Below are positions 54,249 to 64,000 of a stretch of DNA of 64,000 bases, piece after piece. Both the position numbers and the translations under genes were made by a program. The stretch is taken from assembly GCF_001194135.2 (NCBI RefSeq), contig NC_068988.1, positions 56,754,701 through 56,818,700 on the forward strand, written 5' to 3'. The first letter of the stretch is position 1. Every line of letters begins with the position of its first letter. The notes under the pieces are model-generated. The model did not search any database. It had not been told where the DNA came from and was given only the letters and a program-made list of their open reading frames with translations. This DNA comes from Octopus bimaculoides. Lineage: Eukaryota.

Positions 54249-55060
54249 ATGCACACACATGAAATGATTATATTATATACACAAATATTTACATATACAC
54301 ATACATATGGATGGAGATATATATATATATATATATATATATANNNNNNNNNNNNNNNNNNNNNNNNNNNNNNNNNNNNNNNNNNNNNNNNNNNNNNNNN
54401 NNNNNNNNNNNNNNNNNNNNNNNNNNNNNNNNNNNNNNNNNNNNNNNNNNNNNNNNNNNNNNNNNNNNNNNNNNNNNNNNNNNNNNNNNNNNNNNNNNNN
54501 NNNNNNNNNNNNNNNNNNNNNNNNNNNNNNNNNNNNNNNNNNNNNNNNNNNNNNNNNNNNNNNNNNNNNNNNNNNNNNNNNNNNNNNNNNNNNNNNNNNN
54601 NNNNNNNNNNNNNNNNNNNNNNNNNNNNNNNNNNNNNNNNNNNNNNNNNNNNNNNNNNNNNNNNNNNNNNNNNNNNNNNNNNNNNNNNNNNNNNNNNNNN
54701 NNNNNNNNNNNNNNNNNNNNNNNNNNNNNNNNNNNNNNNNNNNNNNNNNNNNNNNNNNNNNNNNNNNNNNNNNNNNNNNNNNNNNNNNNNNNNNNNNNNN
54801 NNNNNNNNNNNNNNNNNNNNNNNNNNNNNNNNNNNNNNNNNNNNNNNNNNNNNNNNNNNNNNNNNNNNNNNNNNNNNNNNNNNNNNNNNNNNNNNNNNNN
54901 NNNNNNNNNNNNNNNNNNNNNNNNNNNNNNNNNNNNNNNNNNNNNNNNNNNNNNNNNNNNNNNNNNNNNNNNNNNNNNNNNNNNNNNNNNNNNNNNNNNN
55001 NNNNNNNNNNNNNNNNNNNNNNNNNNNNNNNNNNNNNNNNNNNNNNNNNNNNNNNNNNNN

Positions 55061-55117
<57 letters not shown>

Positions 55118-55982
55118 ATAGTTACAGGGGTCACTACATGGTTAAGAGTGGTTGGTGTTAGGAAGGACATCTAGCTGTAGAAACCCTGCCAAAATAGACA
55201 CAGTAACCCAGGGTAGTCTTCTACCTGGCTGGCTCAATTCAAAAGCATGCAAGTAAATACCACAAATCATTTTTATTGGTTGCCCTGACAACTCTACCAA
55301 CCAAACCACTCCCAGCAAATACATAATAATAATGATCCTTTCTACTAAAAACAGATTTTTGGGGAAGGGCTAGTCAATTATATCAACCCTAGTACGTAAC
55401 TGGTACGTGTCTCACTGACCCCCAAAAGGGTGAAAGGTAAAGTCAACTTCAGCAGAATTTGAACTCAGAACTTAGGGATGGACGAAATACTGTTAAGCGT
55501 TTTGCCTGGCATGCTAACAATTCTGTCAGTTTGCTGCCATAATAATAATAATAATAATAATAATAATTGCGTCTATTAATGATAAGACACAAAGGAATTA
55601 TAGTTTGGAGGCAATAAATAACTGTCATTTGAATAAAAGAGACTTTGTTGAAGATCCAACTGGGGATTGCTTTGTTGGCATAAATCGTGTTGTCAACTTT
55701 AAACATTAGTCATTATAATTACTATGCAAGTGTGTATGTTGTGGGGTATGCTTGTGTGTGTATGTGTGGGGGGGGGGAATGGATGGTGGTTAAGAAGTTT
55801 GCTTGTCAACCATGAGGTTTTGGGTTCTGTCTCACACAGTAGCACCAAGGGAAAGTGTCTTGTACAACAGCAGGGAAGGGGGAATTGTACATATGCAAGT
55901 ATATACACATCCGTGTGATACATATATATATATGTTTCGATGATGTGTATAGTATATGTGCATGTGTGCATGAATACACATG

Positions 55983-56015
<33 letters not shown>

Positions 56016-56274
56016 TCTGCCCTGCAATTTCATAGTTTACTTACACTGGACTTTCACCATAGTTCAACAATCAACGGTCTGTCAGAACTAGTCCATCACA
56101 GCTTGTTATTTGAGATTTATAATTAAAAGCATTTTTAAACTAATAAAAATACAAAGTACATTTCCAGTAAAACACTCTCTCACAGAAACTATACACACAC
56201 ACGCAGACACAAACACACATGTGTATAAAAACGCATTTATTTACAGAAGAGAATGTATTAGTTGTTGTACTTAC

Positions 56275-56378
56275 TCAGCACATGGCTCAAATAGTTCTTT
56301 ATTAGAATTATTTCCAGAAATAGCTTCTTGGATTGCTTGTGTTTGAGTCCCATTGGCCTGAGTTAGACAAATCGCAGA
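56275..56378 (-). CDS. GRK5: GRK4/5/6-family kinase exon, RH (RGS-homology) domain, 104 nt, phase 0 to 2
   Basis: Acceptor ctttcttttgcag, donor GA|gtaagt. Translates SAICLTQANGTQTQAIQEAISGNNSNKELFEPCA; KELFEPCA resembles human GRK5 KELFSACA. The terminal GA joins the A of the next exon to give Glu in frame. Confidence 0.85.
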
Positions 56379-56661
56379 CTGCAAAAGAAAGCAATGAATT
56401 GTATTTGTGAGAGCGTGCGTATATTTACATACACACACACACACACATATATATATGTATATATATATATGACTGTCTGTATGTATGTGTATCTTAAAAA
56501 AAAGTTTTGCAAAGAATTTTTGTTACAGTCACAATATTTGAAGAAAGATTTTCTTAAATTAAAAGTTATTAACGATATAAAGAGAATCTTGAAAAAAAAC
56601 CCCAAAAAACAAACAAGCAAAAAGAAAGAAAATACCAGAACGAAGCAAGCTTTTTAGAAAC

Positions 56662-56809
56662 AAGTTTTCATACTGTGTATAAGTGCTTTCACTGTTCACA
56701 GTTTTTCAAACACATGTTATAGGGTAATCTGTATATATGGCTGATTCCATAAGATGTGTGTTTGAAAAGCTGTAAACAGTGAAAGCGCATTAACACTATG
56801 TGAAAACTT
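56662..56809. mobile_element. ~150-bp fold-back element
   Basis: gtgctttcactgttcacagtttttcaaacacat versus gtgtgtttgaaaagctgtaaacagtgaaagcgc; outer aagttttca / tgaaaactt. Confidence 0.8.
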
Positions 56810-57668
56810 TCTCCCAAAATGTTCATGTCATTGTTCTTTTAAGATTCTTTTTATACAATTAATAATTTTTAATTTAAGAAAATCTTTGTTCAGATACATA
56901 CACACACACACACACACACACATGAAGAAACAGACAAATAGATAGACAAACAGATAAATAGATAGATAGGTAGATAAACACACAGAAAGATAGATAGATA
57001 TAGATAAATGCAGAGAATGCAGAGAAAGATGGAATACTAGATGTGATACAAAGGAGAGATATGCAACATGTCAAGAAGAAATTTAAATAAAATAAATGTT
57101 CTACGTAGACAATCTTGTAATAAAAAAATAGTTTTTCTTGCTGCTTCTACAGTTTAATACTTGATGAATTTCACAGCAAGTCATCTCAATAAATTGATAA
57201 CAGCTTTTACACTAAAGAAATTATGTGAAACACCCTAAGAAGAGGATCCTTATTGTAACAGATGTACATATGTATACATAGAAAGATAGATACATACTTA
57301 TAGATGCATACAAATAGATACATACATATATATAGATAGGTACATACATAGACACGTGTGTATGTATGCATGTGCTTATATGCATATTATTTCATAAATC
57401 TTAAAATACCAAATAAATTTTCTGTAAATGTGTGTGTGTGCATGTATGTGTGTGTACATATACATATTTATGACTCATCCCCCACAGCAGAATCGATACT
57501 GGTGCTGGTGCCACATAAAAAGCACTCTGTACACACTGTAAAGTGGTTAGCATTAGGAAGGGCATCTAGTCATAGAATCCATACCAGAACAGATGATGGA
57601 GCCTAATGCAAGCCCCAACCTTTATGAACTCCAATCAAACCATCCAACCCACGCCAGTATGGAAAATA

Positions 57669-57707
<39 letters not shown>

Positions 57708-58277
57708 AAAACATCAAATTTGGAGAGGATTAGTTAACTCACACGACACTAGCAGCCCTTCTTCCACCTCAACCAAGCACTCCCATTACTGCTCTCCCCT
57801 CACTCTGCTTCTCAGACCAACAATCAAGCTCTCAGCCTTTCTTGCCTCATAACCCATCGCTGTCACTCTCTACACCTCTTTTATTCACTGCAATAATGCA
57901 CCCTCTACATCCTGTCTCCACCTACTAACTTTTTTTCTTCTTCTTTCTCACCCCTACCAGCCTTTATAATATTTTACAACTTTGTAAGCAACTCTTGTCT
58001 GAAACATTAGACATTTCCACTGCTCAGGATAACCAAAACTTAACAATTACCAAAGTTTGCTGAACTATTCTTGACTGATCTATTTCACCAATGTTTTCTC
58101 TCACACTCCCACTTATTTGCCTACCCACTAGTACCATTTCCCACTCTCCTCCCTGCATCTTAGGGGTAAACTCCAACACACCTTCAGCACCATCTTCCTC
58201 CTCTTCCAACTAGAGTTACCATGTATCTTGCCAACAGCAGCACACCCGTTTCTGTCCCCATCAACCATACTTTAGCA

Positions 58278-58442
58278 CAGTGCTCTGCAACCCTTTTTTT
58301 TACTTGCGGTACACTTAATTCTTTTTAAGATTCGGCGGCACACCTGAACTAAAAATATAACTAAAAGTAAAGGGGAAAAAATTATATTCAGGTTACAACG
58401 TGGCACCAGGTTACACCGCAGCATACCGGTTGTGGAGCACTG
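58278..58442. mobile_element. hAT-type MITE, 165 bp
   Basis: TIRs CAGTGCTCTGCAACC / GGTTGTGGAGCACTG and an exact 8-bp target-site duplication CTTTAGCA (58270-58277, 58443-58450). Confidence 0.9.
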
Positions 58443-58834
58443 CTTTAGCATATCATCACTTGACATAAAGCCACTTTCCTCAATACTACCCACCCTGACC
58501 TCAGCTGAGGAAATAAGTACAGGGGTCAATTCATTTGACTAAATATTCTTCAAGGCAGTGCCACAAGATGGCTGAAGCCTAATGACTGAAACAAGTAAAA
58601 GATAAAAGGCAAAAGAATGCAAAAACATAAGTAGTGAGAGGAATTTTATTGCAATACATTCCATATCTCAGGAAATTCCAATACAAACATTATTGCATGT
58701 CTTCATTAATCTCTTACTTTTGCTTTCGTAAAGTTATATTTCATAAGAGGTTAAATGAATTGTAAAACTGTTTTTGAAAGGTTTGCCAGAAAAGTTTAAG
58801 AAATTTTGCTTTAACATTTTAACATTTTGCTTAA

Positions 58835-59448
58835 CCCTTTAACATTTAAATGGTCCATATGTTGTTTGTTGTTGGCACTCCGTCGCTTACGACGTCGAGG
58901 GTTCCAGTTGATCCGATCAACGAAACAGCCTGCTCGTGAAATTAACGTGCAAGTGGCTGAGCACTCCACAGACATGTGTACCCTTAACGTAGTTCTCGGG
59001 AATATTCAGTGTGACACAGTGTGACAAGGCTGACCCTTTGAATTACAGGCACAACAGAAACAGGAAGTAAGAGTAAGAGATGGTTGTGGTGGAAGAGTAC
59101 AGCAGGGTTCACCACCATCCCCTGCTGGAGCCTCGTGGAGTATTAGGTGTTTTCGCTCAATAAACACTCACAACGCCCGGTCTGGGAATCAAAACCGCAA
59201 TCCTATGACCATGAGTCCGCTGCCCTAACCACTGGGCCATTGCACCTCCACTAAATGGTCCATATATAACCCAAATATCCTACCTGTTTTAGCCAGATCT
59301 GTCCTCTCATATGTACCCTACTATATCATTCTCAAAATAAGCAATCACATCATTCAACTCTCAAAGCTATGAGATAATGCGTAATTAATTCAAAACAGTG
59401 TGAATAAATAAGTATTACATTTGACAGAGTAACCTGAATGCTAAAAGG
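58835..59448 (-). mobile_element. MITE A containing a SINE family 3 insertion (58861-59251)
   Basis: The SINE is flanked by an exact 14-bp TSD TAAATGGTCCATAT (58847-58860, 59252-59265). Confidence 0.9.
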
Positions 59449-59867
59449 TCAAACCAGTGGGTGGTAGCATATTTTATACTGTCTATGCATGTATAGGTTT
59501 GGTGCACTAGCTTACCAGACATGCCCAACTCCTGCAAGCATGAAGGAAAAAAAATTGAACGTGAAAGGATGGGTGATGATGGAAAAGATTAGACTATATA
59601 ATATTTACATTTAAGTCTCTCTCACGATCATTATGTGCATATTGATTTCTCCATATACCATTCTTCCCCTCCATTTATCATTCCATCTCCTATCACTACA
59701 CCTCTCTGCAATCTCTCTCTCTCTCATCATATTGCTTGTGTAAAGAGGGCTAGCATTGCACTCACTGCATCTTTTTGTTTCCTGGTTTTGCAATTAAACT
59801 GTCGCCATGCTGGGGCACCACCTTGAAGAATTGTTAATTGAATGAACTGATCCCAGTATTTATATAT

Positions 59868-59914
<47 letters not shown>

Positions 59915-61314
59915 NNNNNNNNNNNNNNNNNNNNNNNNNNNNNNNNNNNNNNNNNNNNNNNNNNNNNNNNNNNNNNNNNNNNNNNNNNNNNNNNNNNNNN
60001 NNNNNNNNNNNNNNNNNNNNNNNNNNNNNNNNNNNNNNNNNNNNNNNNNNNNNNNNNNNNNNNNNNNNNNNNNNNNNNNNNNNNNNNNNNNNNNNNNNNN
60101 NNNNNNNNNNNNNNNNNNNNNNNNNNNNNNNNNNNNNNNNNNNNNNNNNNNNNNNNNNNNNNNNNNNNNNNNNNNNNNNNNNNNNNNNNNNNNNNNNNNN
60201 NNNNNNNNNNNNNNNNNNNNNNNNNNNNNNNNNNNNNNNNNNNNNTAAAACACATCATATCCTCCTCAAATCTCAAACTTTCATTTATCTGTGCTGATGT
60301 TCCACGAAAATGCACCCAGTGCACTCTGTAAAGTGGTTGGAAAATGAGCTGAGGCAACAAGAGTTGGAGAGGACTCTTTAGTCTCGCTAAGCATATTGCA
60401 CTTTCTCTAGTGCCCCTGACACACCGAGCATACCCTGACACACTGTAAAGTGGGTTGCTAATACGAGGAGCATGCAACCATAGAAACCAAGATGAAAATG
60501 AAGAATATAAGTGAGAAATTCTCCACCAGCCAGTCTTGAAGGGGAGTAACTCTGAACGAGAACTGATTTATTTTGTGACAAACCATGACAGGGCAGAGAG
60601 TGGAACATAAAATGATGAAGACAAAATGTGTGAGTATGTCTGTGTCTATCATTGGAATGGTGATAACAAAACAATGCCACATTTTGAACTTGAGAAAAGT
60701 TTCGCATATTTTTACTGTTCCACTTACAGATTGCAACGTGTGAATTAGCTGGTTGATTTTCTTTTTCCAGGAAACACAAGCTTCTTGAACAAAAAAAAAA
60801 ACCATGCGCAGTAATTATTATTGGTATAAATGTGAACATGTGTGTGGGGTGTGTGTGTGTGTGTGTTCTTTTTCAAATCTTGTTTACCAGTTCCCATTAC
60901 TGGACTGTGGCTATACTGGGGCACAGCCTTTAAGGGTTTTTAGTTGAAGATATCAACTCTAATACACTCTGATACTTATTATGTCAGTCTCTGTTTGTTG
61001 AACCACTTATTCATGAAACATAAACCATAACACTAGGTCTGTTTTTACTAATATAAACATAAGCATGTAAACAACACATACACAAACAGCAGGCTACTGC
61101 ACAGCTTCTGCCTGCCACATTCCTGTCACAAGATAGTGGCCACCATGATGCTGTAGCAGCCGGAGAACTTCTGCAGTAGGGATTGAATGTAGAGAAATGA
61201 ACTTTACACAGCCATCCCTGTGTCTATTTACATGTGTGTGTGTGTGTGTGTGCATATGTATACACAACATACATATACATCCACACATATATATATATAT
61301 GCATACACATGCAT

Positions 61315-61630
61315 TCGAGCGACATAGGATTTTCGAGCGAGATCGTTGCCAGCGCCGCTGGACTGGCTCTTGTGCGGGTGGCACATAAAAGACACCATTT
61401 TGAGCGTGGCCGTTGCCAGTACCGCCTGACTGGCCCTCGTGCAGGTGACACGTAAAAGCACCCACTACACTCTCAGAGTGGTTGGCGTTAGGAAGGGCAT
61501 CCAGCTGTAGAAACTCTGCCAAATTAGATTGGAGCCTGGTGTTGCCATCCGGTTTCACCAGTCCTCAGTCAAATCGTCCAGCCCATGCCAGCATGGAAAG
61601 TGGACGTTAAACGATGATGATGATGATGAT
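61315..61630 (+). mobile_element. Family 4 repeat with tandem ~66-bp units and a (GAT)n tail
   Basis: Two gccagt...actggc + gtgc.ggtg.cac.taaaa.cacc units, then the shared body; embedded in CA/TA microsatellite. Confidence 0.85.
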
Positions 61631-61908
61631 ATATACAAACATACATATACACACGCATAAATACATATTATATAGACATACACATATGTACAAACATATA
61701 TACATACATACATATATCTATATGCATCCATACATATATATGTACACACAAACAAACACATATATATATATACACATACATACACACACATATACACACA
61801 CACACACACACATATGTACATATGTATATACACACATATGAATCATATATACAACACTCACACACATAGCTGTATGTATATGTGTGTATATATGTACACA
61901 TGCATGTA

Positions 61909-61940
<32 letters not shown>

Positions 61941-62220
61941 TTGTCCATTCTGCACTATGTCCCTGATGGTGAGGTTTCATATTGTGTGTCATGGGTTTCA
62001 AAGATGTCAGTTGTTAGGTGACGTATAGAGTGACCAAAGAGGAAGGAAGGCGGACAAATATAAGTAACGCATTGACATTACCACGAAGGAAAGGCGTGGT
62101 CGCAATAATCTTCACAGCTACACTTACTGGTCTAAATTGTTGTTTACAACTAACAAATTACACTTCCACCCCACTCAACTAAATTAATATACACTTGCAA
62201 GTATTCCTTAATTTATTTAA

Positions 62221-62846
62221 CCCCTCAGCATTCAGATTACTCTGTCAAATGTAATGCTTATTTATTCATATTGTTTTGATGTAATCATGCATTATTTAGT
62301 GGTTTCAAGATTTCAATGATGTACTCTCTCTCTCTTTTACTTGTTTCAGTCATTTGACTGTGGCCATGCTGGAGCACCGCCTTTAGTCGAGCCAATCGAC
62401 CCCAGGACTTACTCTTTGGAAGTCTAGTACTTATTCTATTGGTCACTTTTGCCGAACCACTAAGTTACAGGGATGTGAACACACCAGCATCAGTTGTCAA
62501 GTGATGGTGGGGGGACAAACACAGACACACACATACATACATATATATATATACATATATACTACAGGCTTCTTTCAGTTTCCGTCTACCAAATCCACTC
62601 ACAAGGCTTTGGTCGGCCCGAGGCTATAGTAGAAGACACTTGCCCAAGGTGCCACGCAGTGGGACTGAACCTGGAACCATGTGGTTGGTAAGCAAGCTAC
62701 TTACCACACAGCCACTCCTATGCGATGTGGTTGTTTATTTTTACTATTATATTGTTGAGTAGGTGTGAGATGTTGGATCTGGCCAGTTTGAACTTAGAAC
62801 AGGCAGAATATTTTGACCAGATATGGCTAGTTTGAATGTTAAATGT
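62221..62846 (+). mobile_element. MITE A containing a minus-strand SINE family 1 (62323-62723)
   Basis: TTAA|CCCCTCAGCATTCAG start; probable 5-bp TSD GATGT (62318-62322, 62724-62728). Confidence 0.85.
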
Positions 62847-62850
62847 TTAA

Positions 62851-63354
62851 CCTTTTAGCATTCAGATTATTTGGTCAAATGTAAAGCTGATTTATTCACA
62901 TTGCTTTGAGTTAACCCATTACCTCCCATAATTCTATTAACTGGAATTTTTTCATGAAACTTTGATTTTTAGCATAAAACAGCCTTAGAAACACACTGGA
63001 ATGATCAAAATAACATTTTAAATAGAAATAAGCGAGATATTGGGTGAAAAATTAGCAAACCTCATTTGAATATCAGAGAAATATACCTAGTAGATATAGC
63101 AAAAAAGTTAGATATATGTAAATACTAACAGATAATTACGAAATTTGTAATTTTTAAGTGATCTCATATGAGATCACTGACAGGTAATGGGTTAATCATG
63201 CATTATCTCGTAGCTTCAAGATTTTGATGATGTGATTGTTTATCTTTAGAATGACATTAAAGGGTATGTGTGAGAGGCCAGACCTAGCAACTTTGAACAA
63301 CATAAGACAGGCAAGGTATTTAGGTCTGATACGACTGGTTTAAATGCTAAGTGT
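62851..63354 (+). mobile_element. MITE A in tandem with the previous copy (shared TTAA 62847-62850), interrupted by MITE B
   Basis: The MITE A consensus resumes at ttaatcatgcatt after the insert and ends before TTAA at 63355-63358. Confidence 0.85.
62915..63191. mobile_element. piggyBac-type MITE 'B', 277 bp
   Basis: TTAA|CCCATTACCT ... AGGTAATGGG|TTAA: perfect 10-bp TIRs with a duplicated TTAA. Confidence 0.9.
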
Positions 63355-63890
63355 TTAATGCTTGTTTTTTTTTTTCCATGCTAGCATGGGCTGGACCATT
63401 AACATTACTGAAACAATGTTTTATAACCATATGCTCTTCCTGTTGCTAACCCTTAACTGTTTTCCAAGTAAGAGTCTTTTTATTCCACATAGCTTCAAAA
63501 GTTTAGATGTCTGATGATGTCTTCACAGGGAATGCCAACAAATGACAGTTTTCAGCTCAATGCTTTCATGTTGGAACATGGAACATAAACATTCATAGAG
63601 ACACACACAATTATATATACATATTCTTTTATTTGTCTCAGTCATTTGACTGTGACCATGCTGGAGCATCACCTTTAGCTGAAGAAATCGACCCCAGGAC
63701 TTATTCCTTGTGAGCCTAGTACTTACATTATAATTCTGCTTGTTCGTTCGTTCACACATTACACTTTAGTTAGTTAGTGGGTGGAGTGAGAGTGATAGAG
63801 AGGCAGGGAGAGTGAGGAAGAGGAATGAAGAATGAAGGAGAGTGTGAGAAAGAGAGAGAGGGAGTGAAAGTGAGTGAGACAGTAGATAGC

Positions 63891-63930
63891 CACTTCCACT
63901 AACCATGATGTCACATGGTTAGTGGAAGTG
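63891..63930. repeat. Perfect 17-bp inverted repeat with a 6-nt spacer
   Basis: CACTTCCACTAACCATG atgtca CATGGTTAGTGGAAGTG. Confidence 0.9.
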
Positions 63931-64000
63931 AGAGGAGAAAGAGAAAGAAAAGCAGAAATGTTAACATGTTGAGGTAAATTACATGGTTAAAAAGCTTGAG

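Noticed and set aside
56724-56740. TATGGCTGAT shared near the loops of hairpins 48374-48438 and 56662-56809
   Set aside because: A single AT-rich 10-mer noticed after the fact; the arms are unrelated.

Overview
Eukaryotic, AT-rich, repeat-dense draft-assembly DNA with many N gaps. The SINE families, microsatellite load and intron sizes suggest an octopus (coleoid cephalopod); this is an inference, not a database match. The whole window lies inside one minus-strand gene, a GRK4/5/6-subfamily G protein-coupled receptor kinase (GRK5-like, Drosophila Gprk2 type). I reconstructed 8 coding exons with canonical AG/GT ends and matching phases, from the RH domain to the kinase C-lobe. One exon is mostly hidden in an N gap, and both ends of the gene lie outside the window. 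Introns (0.2-26.6 kb) hold tRNA-derived SINEs, RTE and CR1/Jockey-like LINE remnants, Tc1 and mariner remnants, piggyBac-, hAT- and mariner-type MITEs, fold-back elements and microsatellites. Nearly all ORFs in the supplied track are microsatellite or gap artefacts. No CRISPR, rRNA or true tRNA genes were seen. I found no proven novel system. The best leads are an inverted-repeat 'cage' around the ATP-binding exon, a candidate 6-nt neural microexon, a MITE that is repeatedly hit by other elements, tandem pseudoknots in an RTE-associated repeat, a pre-miRNA-sized hairpin and several cryptic exons. Repeat coordinates are approximate (about +/-10-20 nt); exon coordinates were counted base by base.
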